Shown piece by piece: positions 1 through 9,816 of a stretch of DNA of 64,000 nucleotides. The notes below the pieces were generated by a model, which saw only the letters and a program-made list of their open reading frames with translations, ran no database searches and had not been told where the DNA came from. A program made the position numbers and the translations under genes. Source of the stretch: Pelomyxa schiedti (lineage: Eukaryota; Protista; Evosea); assembly GCA_020536535.1 (NCBI GenBank), contig JAHLWZ010000496.1:89474-153473 (forward strand). Direction: 5' to 3'. Positions within the stretch are counted from its first letter, which is position 1, and each line of letters begins with the position of its first letter.

Positions 1-104
1 CTGACGGTCCACCCGACGCCATCAATTTCTTCTTTGTTTTTCTTTGTTGTTGATTTCCAATCAGACCAGGCATTTTCGGGTCTGGTCTCATTTCGTGTTG
101 ACAT
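1..104 (-). CDS. 5' end of an unknown gene running off the window (MSTRNETRPENAWSDWKSTTKKNKEEIDGVGWTV...)
   Basis: ATG at 104 on the minus strand opens a stop-free frame to the window edge; head-to-head with the gene at 201, as for other gene pairs here. No homology recognised. Confidence 0.3.
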   Translation of the reverse strand, partial: MSTRNETRPENAWSDWKSTTKKNKEEIDGVGWTV

Positions 105-200
105 GAAAAAAACGTCAGCAGCATTAGGACGCGTTAATTACATGGCAACGACATAAAAAAAAAAATTAAAAAAACGAGATCTTAGTAGTGGTTGGTGGCC

Positions 201-1632
201 ATGTCAGCACAAGTAGAGGACTATTTCCGAGATTATGTGCGTATATACCTTTATTCACTACGGGTTGATCCGCTCTTACTTGCTAGTTGTGCACAACACA
301 GATAGGGAGTACATTCGCTTCCTTTGATGAAATGTTTCGCGTTGGAATACACGGCGCCCTGCAATCTGGAATCAGCCCATATGGGGATAAAATGGTGGCC
401 GAAAGCATCGTTGCATGCAATCCTGGGTGGTCTGACGAAGATCATGGTGTGACGGGGTTTTTATTATTCATTCTACTTCCATTTTGCAGGAGACACTCTG
501 TGGTTCACTGGGCAGGGCAAAAAGAAAGACCAGGAATTGATTAGAGGGAACGCGGCACTTGCCAATGCCTGTAATAAGAAGGCACCCATAAGAGTAATAC
601 GGGGCCATCAATTACGCAGCTCGACCTCACCACACCGGGGTTATAGATATGACGGCCTGTACAGAATCACCACTTACGAGCAGAGAACACATGAAGGAAG
701 GAGAATCTGGAAATTCTTGCTGGAACGTCTGGAGGTAAAGTAGCTCAGTATATCCTAAGCATTGAGAAACTTTCAGGGACAACCGGCAGCACCCTATCAA
801 GGCATGAAGAACAAGGTTTGTTGTCATATGATTATAAAAGCTCATCGATGCAGGAAGGGGTAAGCAGTTCAACTAAGAGAAAAAGACCATCTCGTCCCTC
901 ACACCACGTTCGTAATTATTCAAGCTCCTCATCGAGTGCATCAAGCAGTTCATCAGAGATAGACTCTGATGATATGTCAACTCCATCACAACAGACTGAG
1001 CCGCAGGCGGAATCACAACAGAGTGACCTACCGGCACCACACTCTTCTGTACCTAGTACATCTACTCATTTTCCCCGACGATTACCTTGGACCTCCCGCA
1101 AAATTACACTAGATCGTAAGCCCTCTCAGAATTTCATCTTTTTTTTGAATAAGCACTGAAGAGTTTCTCAATGTTCATTCTGGGTTCTCTGCCATGTCAA
1201 ATAGTGAGATTTCCGAGTGGATTGCTTCTGGAGTGTGCCCATATTGTGGTTCTAGATCACTCAAATCCCTTCCTCCAAGTGGTGTTCAGAAGGTTACTTA
1301 TTAAATTTGTTCTTCTTATTCTCATTGATTTTAAGCATTTCGGGGATCATTTGCACTTGGCGAAATGTTATTTGCCCCGGCCTTCAATGATTGAGGTGCC
1401 TCCCACAACCACAGACACCACAATACCTACTGCGGCCTCAGAAGAGGCTGTCCCGCCCTGGAGCCTGGGCATAGCCAGCTACTCTCAGGACCCTGGTGTT
1501 CTTTCACCGTGCACAGATACGATGTGTGCTGACAACAACTCGGAAGAGAGTGTAGACAGTGAAACCCACATCACTGAAGACTCGGAAATCCATTCACTCA
1601 TATCCACCCTTGTTGAACTGATAAACCCATGA
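201..1632 (+). CDS. SRA/YDG (5-methylcytosine-binding) domain protein with Ser-rich linker and possible C-terminal Zn finger
   Basis: Spliced (introns 237-286, ~448-490 and further ones) it reads FRVGIHGALQSGI...AESIVACNPGWSDEDHGDTLWFTGQG...LIRGNAALANAC...PIRVIRG...GYRYDGLYRI...IWKFLLERLE, the SRA signature of UHRF1/SUVH proteins. Later exons give CPYCG...HFGDHLHLAKC. The 3' structure is approximate. Confidence 0.85.
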
Positions 1633-1690
1633 CAAATAAAACTATCGTCACATGTAAATTCATTCAACATCCCTTTAGTTAGTGACCTTT

Positions 1691-2812
1691 TCATAGTTTG
1701 CTTGCTTGTGCATGTAACTCCGCAATGGTTACACCAGTTTCCACATCAATTAATGAAGTGGAACCATCCACTTGAGCCACAAGGATTCCTGTAGTCGAGG
1801 GGCCCCATGCGCGCAGAGTTTGGGCATAAGGCAGAGATAGGCATGGTGTTGTCAGGTCAGAGGTGTGATACACATAACATGTTTCGTCCTGCATTATGTA
1901 GAGGTGACGGACACCAATCTGGCCTGCATCAAATGGAGGGTGGAGTGGAATTCTTAGGCCTGTTTGGGAGTGCCGAAGGAAGCACTCGCCGTGGTCCCGA
2001 AATTTGTGCACAGAGAACACAGGATCCATCAAGATAAAGGAGCGGAATCCAGAGCGGCTCTCTACCGAAAGCTCAACAGTTCTTAGAATGACCAGCTTAT
2101 TAAGTGCTGCTGTGTTTGGTAGGTCGATGTACACTAGAATTCCTACTCCAGCCAAGTTTGACAAAATAAGCACATCCCTATCTTTGCCACTTGAAATTGC
2201 ACCATGTCCGGGGAACACCCATGCTGGGTCCAACTCTACAGAAGTGTGTTCGCTCTGTGGTTCCCCATTAGAAACCTTCCACAGCCTAATTTTCATGTGG
2301 AGAAGAAGCACCACCCACTTCTCATTGCAGTGACGCACAGGGATTCCATTGCGGCACTTGCATAACAGCCTTAACCTCGTCCCGCTCCAATCCACAATGT
2401 ACAAGTCCACACACTTTTCCTCCACACACAGAGTAACGAACCTCGAGTTCCCAAGGTGGCCAGCAATGCCCACATCGCCCTTCTCGCCCAAAACACACGC
2501 GCCCCTAACAACACCAGCAGTGAGTCCCACGTCGACGAAAACATGCACGTTGCCCACCCCAAGAATATTCACAGTGGCACCAAACACCCTGGAGGCGCAC
2601 ACCACCCAGAGTTGGCCGAATTCCCTCAGAACTCCCGGAAATTCCCTCAACAGCCTCAGGGAGCTGTTCGTCCCGCACCTCGCGACCAAAGTGCCGGCGG
2701 CCAAAGCAACGAATTGCTCCCTGGCCGACAATCGCTGAATAAACATCGATGGTGTTTCTGTTGTTGCTTCGGCATGTGCTTCAATCGTGGATGGAGACCA
2801 CGTCTGGCCCAT
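1691..2812 (-). CDS. Intronless 373-aa hypothetical protein of a lineage-expanded family (paralogue at 46162)
   Basis: Long ORF; N-terminal motif QFVALAAGTLVARCGTNSSLRLL resembles QFVAFALCTHVRCGALSSARVL of 46162..47274; both have CNEKWVV/FNETWIV and a similar C-terminus (TSLIDVETGVTIAEL / AEILDIHSGAIVASI). Confidence 0.7.
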   Translation of the reverse strand: MGQTWSPSTIEAHAEATTETPSMFIQRLSAREQFVALAAGTLVARCGTNSSLRLLREFPGVLREFGQLWVVCASRVFGATVNILGVGNVHVFVDVGLTAGVVRGACVLGEKGDVGIAGHLGNSRFVTLCVEEKCVDLYIVDWSGTRLRLLCKCRNGIPVRHCNEKWVVLLLHMKIRLWKVSNGEPQSEHTSVELDPAWVFPGHGAISSGKDRDVLILSNLAGVGILVYIDLPNTAALNKLVILRTVELSVESRSGFRSFILMDPVFSVHKFRDHGECFLRHSQTGLRIPLHPPFDAGQIGVRHLYIMQDETCYVYHTSDLTTPCLSLPYAQTLRAWGPSTTGILVAQVDGSTSLIDVETGVTIAELHAQASKL

Positions 2813-2919
2813 GTCACAGAAGTTGTCGAAGTGCCGATCCCTCAGAGATCAAGGAAATTTACTGGAACTGATGGAGTGAAAAAACCCTCAAAGTCAGTTA
2901 CTGAATCAAAAGAAAGAAA

Positions 2920-4446
2920 ATGAGCAACCAGGAGGTGAGTGTGGAGGCTGCGTTGGAGGGAGTGTTGGCCAGCATAAGGGCACACGGGCCCAACTCGTGC
3001 CCGTTGGCCAGGATCCTCCCGCTTCTGAGGCTGCCCGCTGCGTCCCCTGACGTGGTTCCCTCCCTGGTACAGACCCTGAGGCTCTGCGCCGACGCCATCC
3101 AGGACGCCTCCCCCTCTTCTTCCCTCCTCCTCAGTCCCCGCCCCACTCCTCCTCCTTCATCTTCATCTTCAGCTTCAGCTTCAGCTTCCGCCTCGGCGGC
3201 GACTCCCCCGCCCACTCCCACCGTGCCACTGGCCCTGAAGCAGTCGATGCGCTGCGTGGTCACCCCGGCCACTGGGCAGGACGAGCCCATGGTCTCGCCC
3301 ATGTGCGGGCGCCGCTTCATCGACGAGGAGGTGCTGCCCAGCGGGGCGCGGGTCACCGCGGCCTGGCCCCACGGCTGGGGCTCCTGGCCCGCCCGCGTCC
3401 TCCTCAAGTGCCACGGCTTCCGCACCCCGAGCGCGCGGGGCCCCAGCCCCGAGCTCTGCGTCGACGAGGACCCCCTGGTCTGCGAGCTCATGGCCCGCGG
3501 CTGGGCCGTCGCCGCCACGAGCTACCGCCGCGACGGCCTGTGCGTCACCGACGGCATCGAGGACGCCAGGGACCTGAGGGAGTGGGTCGTCTCGAAGTGC
3601 GTGGAGAGGAACTGCGCCCTGCCCGCTGTGGTTTTGCTCGAGGGGCGGTCGATGGGGGGCTGTGTGTGCACTTTGGTGGCTGAGAGGTACCCTGGGCTGT
3701 TCGATGGGGTCGTTGCCGTGGGCGCTGCGCTCCTGGCTGGAATGGGCGAGAGGCCGCCGATTCCCTTCGCTCATAACCCCAGAATCCCTATCTTGTACCT
3801 TACAAATCAGAGTGAGTGCGGGCCAATCGAAGCTTACATAGACGGGACTAGAGCTGTTTCTTCGGCTTCGTCTTCCGCTACTGAGACTATCGGTGACCGG
3901 CCGGTTATTGTTCCAGCACTCTGGCAAGTACTCCGCGACGGGCATAACAGTGCATCGGTCGGGGAGAGACTTTCTGCTTTGGATGCAGTTTTATCCTGGA
4001 TAAAGTACGGAACTGCTATCACCATGAGGAAGAGAGACCTCATAATTTCCCCGCAGCCTCGAGCCAATTCTCCAATTATTGATAGTGCCCACCGGTCTGC
4101 AATTGCAACTGTTCAGAGCATTCACAGTAACCTGAGGTATGTTGTTCTCAACATGATGCCAGAGGATATGGCTGCAACAGGGATCAGGCAAGGGAAGAAC
4201 TTCACCCTGACTCATATCCACAAGCCAACACCAGCAACCAAGGGTACAACCTCAACACCAGGACCCAGGTCATTCACTGTAAAATACTGCACCTACCCAC
4301 CTCTTGGAGTAGAGAAAGGTGACCTGTTTGCTCTTGATGATCCTGATGGTGGAATTGTAATCAGTATCTTTGGCTGGTTCCTCGACACTGATACCGCTGC
4401 TGATATGGGTTTACAAGTGGGTATGAAAGTGGAGCTGCATGCCTAA
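2920..4446 (+). CDS. Alpha/beta hydrolase with C-terminal domain resembling the SAM hydroxide adenosyltransferase (DUF62) C-terminal beta-barrel
   Basis: Intronless 508-aa ORF; nucleophile elbow LEGRSMGG, upstream GWAVAATSYR, candidate catalytic His in RDGHN; C-terminus ...GVEKGDLFALDDPDGGIVISI...AADMGLQVGMKV matches the DUF62-C pattern by eye. Confidence 0.75.
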   Translation: MSNQEVSVEAALEGVLASIRAHGPNSCPLARILPLLRLPAASPDVVPSLVQTLRLCADAIQDASPSSSLLLSPRPTPPPSSSSSASASASASAATPPPTPTVPLALKQSMRCVVTPATGQDEPMVSPMCGRRFIDEEVLPSGARVTAAWPHGWGSWPARVLLKCHGFRTPSARGPSPELCVDEDPLVCELMARGWAVAATSYRRDGLCVTDGIEDARDLREWVVSKCVERNCALPAVVLLEGRSMGGCVCTLVAERYPGLFDGVVAVGAALLAGMGERPPIPFAHNPRIPILYLTNQSECGPIEAYIDGTRAVSSASSSATETIGDRPVIVPALWQVLRDGHNSASVGERLSALDAVLSWIKYGTAITMRKRDLIISPQPRANSPIIDSAHRSAIATVQSIHSNLRYVVLNMMPEDMAATGIRQGKNFTLTHIHKPTPATKGTTSTPGPRSFTVKYCTYPPLGVEKGDLFALDDPDGGIVISIFGWFLDTDTAADMGLQVGMKVELHA

Positions 4447-4518
4447 GTGGCCAAAAAAACCAAATAGTAAATAAAAGGGATTTTTTTCCTTTTAATTTCT
4501 TCTTGTGGGGAATTGTGG

Positions 4519-6943
4519 TTATGTGGTTTTTACAAACACTGTCCTGGATTCTAGCTGAATATGTGGAAGCCTTCCTGATGAATCCCGAAGAACCTCGATG
4601 AGAATGTCCTTGGCACAAGAAAGGTGCTCTGAGGCCACAGTGTCCTGAGGGAGCTCTTCTTCAATCCCAAGCAAACTTTGGCGAATGTTGTAGATGTACT
4701 CACTCATGGCAATCTTGCTCTTGTGTGAGAAGCTTCTGGGAAGTATATGCTTACTTTATACACAGCTTCAGGACGAACTTCTTCCCCGCAAATCGTAAAT
4801 GAAGTAAGTTGTCCGCTTTGTACATTGTATACAGCGTGAATACCGCAGCTCACCTTAGTGTATCTTAGATTGAGGGGCGCATTATTAATTACTAACCTGG
4901 AAACTGTTCTTCACTTTGTCAAGTTGGGTTCTTGACATCCAGTGGCAGAAAGCTGCTTTCAACTTGAAACCAGAAATGTGATGAACCCGATATGGGTGAA
5001 AGAACCTGTAAAGTGTTGTCAACGAAGTATTTGCCATACTCGCAGACTTACGGGAATGCTACTTGGACTACTCCTATTGTCAAAGTAGGTCCAATTCTTG
5101 GAACACTCAGGGCACCGGAAGCAACCAGGACAACGTCTACATCGGCTCTGTCTCTGATAATGTCTTTACAAAATAAGAGTAATATGTGCATGACAATGGT
5201 AATACCGGCTACGAAATTGCCCATGGTACATTCTACCTGCAGCGAGTCAACAGGGTATGTTATATAATTTACAAGTTCCCGATGTAATGTACAGAGAACC
5301 TAGGAACGGAATATCAGACTTGAAAGAATAAAAGGGAAGTTAGACATACAGTATTCATTCGTATAGCAGTAAGTTGGAAGCCTAGTGAGATTAGTACCTT
5401 TAAAAACCGAAAAAAGAGCAAACCTTGTACAAGCTCTTGAATTTGAGGATCAATAGGAGCCGTTACAGAGTTGACACGGACACATTCCCAGTCATAATTT
5501 AACTGTTTGGTGGACGTATCAAAGGTAAAGTGGAGTTTCCCAATTTGCCCTAAGTTCAAGAGTTATAAAATACACAGATCATGGTGTACCTGATCCCTGC
5601 CCTACATGCATGATAGGAATCCCATTTACAATCCGCGGGCTAAACATGATGGTGTGACTGTGGGCACCAAGGATGAATCGTACACCCACATCGGGGGTAA
5701 GTCCTGCTGCCAATTTCTTGTCGGCCTCTATCCCAAGATGGGAAAGTACGATAATAATAGAGCTACGACGCTGAAAAGCACGTGCAATTTTGATTGTTTC
5801 TGCCAGTGGGTCCCGAAATTCGACTCGTTCAAGAATTTCAGGCTCCTTGATTGTCTTGAGGAGATCACTTGTCACCAGCCCGATAAATATAATCTTTCTG
5901 CTGTTGGTGGAGGAAAAAAGTGAAAATATCAACCTCATGCCCACTAGGCAGCGTAACTGTTTTGTGTGATTTCAGTACTCGGCGCTCCGTATTTTTAACA
6001 TACAAATTAGCACAGACCAAAGGGAAGTTGGCAAGCTGCATAACAATTAAAGATAAGTTGTATAAGTAAAGTAATGCAGGAACCTTCTCCTGCCATAACA
6101 AGTTTGGCAATCCATAATCAAGCTCGTGGTTTCCAATACATCCAACTGCCTAAATTTGGCTGAGTAACGGTAATAATGATCTCAGTTTCATACAGGGTTC
6201 AGGAAGTTGAGAAGCTCCATCGAACAAATCTATGTGCCTTAAATAAGGTACAAAAATGAATCTCCTCACCCCTTGTTGTCCAAGATCAATTGGGCACCCA
6301 GCCAGCATATCACCACAAAGTACATACAAAACATCATGTTTGAGTTCTGCTCTAGCCTGTCAATGTAAAAACAAAAACAAAACAGGGGAAGAAAGTAAAA
6401 GAAAGCCGTGAAAAAAAACAGAAAAGGGGGGGCACACACTTTTCCCAGAATTCCAGAAACATAGGCAATTCCACCAGTAGTTCTGGGTGCCTCCCTCAAC
6501 CCCACAGCGCTGCTCAGCACCGCCATGGCCTGCTCTATAGTATGCGCGGTGTCATCAACACCATCACAGCTCACCTCCTCACCCTCACCCTCGGCCTCGG
6601 CATCGGCATCGGCATCGGCCCCAATCACACTCCTCTTTTCCGCCGACGCCTTAGCCGCAGCACTCGAGGCAGTAGCCGCGGGCACAGGGGGGTCGGCGGC
6701 GGTGACGGCCAAGTTGTCCGTGGGCTGCAGGTCTCCCTGCAGGTCGGCAGTGTGGAACACCGTGACTTCCATCGTCGTGCTAGTGCTGGTAGTGGTGGCG
6801 GGCCCGTGCCCGTGGGCCGAAGCAATAGGCGTGGGGATGTCCTGCTGCACCAGGTGCCTCACAGCCTGCTTGAGGTGCAACTTGGCGTTGCTGACCGCGT
6901 CGCGAGCTACTTCGTTTACTGTCTCCGCAACAGCCTCTTGCAT
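4519..6943 (-). CDS. 5'-nucleotidase/apyrase family metallophosphoesterase (N-terminal calcineurin-like domain + 5'-nucleotidase C domain)
   Basis: Spliced motifs VFHTADLQG, LCGDMLAG, GCIGNHELDYG, VLSHLG, ILGAHSH, then ECTMGNFVA of the C-terminal domain. Start at ATG 6943 and the 3' end are approximate. Confidence 0.85.
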
Positions 6944-7349
6944 CGTACCCGGAAGCCAAAGTTTCAACGAGCAGATTGGAAAGTTTTTCTCGTAAGAAAT
7001 GATGGTTGAATGATGGTTGAGTCCCCATTGTTTGACTAATTGGATGTGGTTGCTCTCAACTTCCAGTTGAAAGCCTTTTCAGTTACCCTTTTTTTTCCCC
7101 TATGTTAGGTTCTAATACTATCCAGGTATGCTAATATAAGCCAAACAACAAAGATCATCGGAGCTCAAATTGAGGTTCTCTACTAGACAAAGATGCGGTG
7201 TACTTATTATATTTTCACCTATAATATTGGTGCTATAGTAGAACAGAGAGGCCACTTACTTTTGCGTAGGTAGGGGTGCTTACTGCCCTCTTTCAAATTA
7301 ATTCCCACAAGACCAACACCTCTCCTGATTGTGTCTGAGTTGCCACACC

Positions 7350-9800
7350 TCCAGGAGCGAAAGTGACAGAACTCACTACTTCCACCAGACAAAACTCTAT
7401 CAATGCACAACGACGACTTCGTCGGCATTTCGTAATTCCCTTCAATAATTTTGGGGGTCAAACCAACTCTACCCAAAAAACACAAGAAAATTCTGGATCT
7501 GGTCTGGATGGTGTCAAAATCGTGTCGAACCAGGGGGAGAAGGTAGTACAGAGCTGTCCGGACAGGTGCTGGAAAAAAAAAGTACAATTTTCCGGCACCC
7601 GAACCAGATTGTATCATTCTCCTATTTTGATTACAAAAAACTCTGCTCTTCAGTGACACAAGAATGAAACAACAGCTTTCAGCTGGGGATATGACCAATG
7701 AGCAGCTGCCCTGAGCACACCTTCAGTCAATTCGCGCACAATCTTCTCTTTCTGAGTTGAGACCATACATTTTATGCTACTCAACCCAATAGCTCCACCA
7801 CCTCTAAGAGATGATGACATACAACATGTGCTGTTCAAGAAGGACCTCAAACTCCACCTTCACCTGTGACAACCACAAAAACTTCAGTGCTAAAACCACC
7901 AAAAAAGGGTGGTACCACAGTTTTTTTTTTGTTTTAACTGTTTATAGCATATCTGGGGATTTCTCATTTCTCTTCTGAATTGCTGCTGACATTACAAGCT
8001 GCACTGCATCTCACTGACACAGACCTACAGCTTGCAGGAAAGTCATCTGCAAATGCACGAAGGAAAGTCATCTCTGACTGGGCTGCAAAAACTGGAAACA
8101 TGGAAACAAAAACAGCTGTGGCTTCTATCAAAGAAAAGCAAGCACAAGCTGTTCCTCAGCAACAGCCACGCAAACACAGACCTTCAGCTTCACAAGTGGC
8201 ACCCATTCCCAAGGAGACTGCCACAGCACCTCAGCCAAAACGACCCCGAAAGCGTTAAAACCTTGGCTCCGGACCACATGTTAGTAACAGATTTCGCAGA
8301 ATGGTACAATCTACAACGTTGTAAAAAAATCGAAATTGTCGCATCGTTGTAGATACACAATGTCATGGGGCTCAAACTAACTCCACCCAAAAAACACACA
8401 AAAATTCGAAATCTCCTCACCAGGGTCTCAGAATCAGGGCAAACCAGGTGGAGATGGTAGTACTCAGTTGGGGGCTGTGTTTCCCTCTGTTCCCAGTGCT
8501 TTTGTAGGCTGTGGTGTTGAGGAAAGCAAAAAACTGGCGGTAACCAGGTGGTGTCCGGACAGATTTGATCCAATTTTCCGGACACCACAACAGATTGGAT
8601 CATTCACCTAAATTGATCGAAACAAACGTGTCTGGTTGTGGGCAAATCGTGGTTAGTGGTGAGTGATCGATGACTGCAACAAACAAGAGAGGTGACCAAA
8701 GTCATTCTCAACAATCTGTGGTGCAACAAACATTTTGACACACCGATGCCCCCTTCAAGGGCTTTGTCTGTTACAGATCAACCTATGGTTTACTCACAAC
8801 TGTTGGGGCAACCTGCAGTCTCTACCACTGTGGCAACTGCTTCAACATCACTTCTTTGCCCTCAAACCTTGGAACTGTCTGCACCACAACAAGAACCAAG
8901 TAAGGTCAAAGTACATGGTACCTCTTTAATTAATTACTCATAGTAATTCATAATTAAATATCCACTTGGAATCCACTTTTGCTCAAGCTAGTGGCCACTC
9001 CTCCTGCCACAATCTGTGCTTTCTTTAACAACTGGAGTCCAACTTCAGTGTCTGTTTGGAAGCTTGAACTCAAGCTCTGGTACACACAGCAGAAAATAAC
9101 TGAGGGAGGCTTCCTTGACAACTTTCGTCGGTACATGTGCTGGAGTCAACCTCACACAACACAGATTGTTGAGGGTATGTTGTTTAATAGATATGACCAC
9201 CATTCTGGAAGAAGCAGTTGTAATGCCACATCGTTTAACCATAGAAGATAAGCTTAAACACCAAGTGAATGTAGTGGAACCATTAAAAACAGCAGCAATG
9301 ATAACCAACACTGATCTACACAAAACAAAAGCCTTCTGTTCCAATTATGAACCTCTTCTCCAACTGACTGAAGGTGTTTTACATGCTGCTTCTCATTGGA
9401 TATACAATCAGCTGAAAGTGGCTGAAAAGAATCTGATCTTTCATTCCTGTGTAGCAGAGGAGCAGAGCTTATTCTGGGTTGTTGGACAAAATGTACAGTC
9501 AAGCTTCACCAGGAAAGTGACTTACACAAACTGAAAACATTGAAACTACTGTGGCTCTTATCAAAAAAAGGCAAACCCAAGCTGTACCTCAGCCCCAACC
9601 ACGTAAACACAAACCTTCATCCTCACAGGCAGCACCAATTCCAAAGGAGTCTGCCAAAACGACCCCGACAGAAAAACCATGAGAAGTCTGATTTAACAGA
9701 TTTCGCAGAACGGTACAATCTGTTGTGTGGTGTCAAAAAAACGGAAATTGGATGAGGTGGTGTCAAAAACGCGGAAATTGGATTTATTTGAGCCCAACAA
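7350..9800. repeat. Cluster of diverged interspersed repeat segments (probable decayed element or decayed gene family)
   Basis: Segment A 7450-7630 ~ 8365-8610; segment B ~7680-7730 (-) ~ 9360-9420 (+) (LTEGVLRAAAHWSYPQLK / LTEGVLHAASHWIYNQLK); segment C ~8110-8330 ~ 9540-9730 (QAVPQQQPRKHRPS / QAVPQPQPRKHKPS; TDFAEWYNL / TDFAERYNL); ~31-nt tandem duplication at ~9727-9790. No intact long ORF. Confidence 0.65.
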
Positions 9801-9816
9801 TGTCGAAACAGCACTC

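Noticed and set aside
2898-3945. Long antisense/alternate-frame ORFs (2898..3518, 3181..3945, 3303..3683; likewise 6525..7009, 39137..39688, 57025..57329, 60100..60909)
   Set aside because: Shadow ORFs expected in GC3-rich patches lacking stop codons; low-complexity translations with no motifs.
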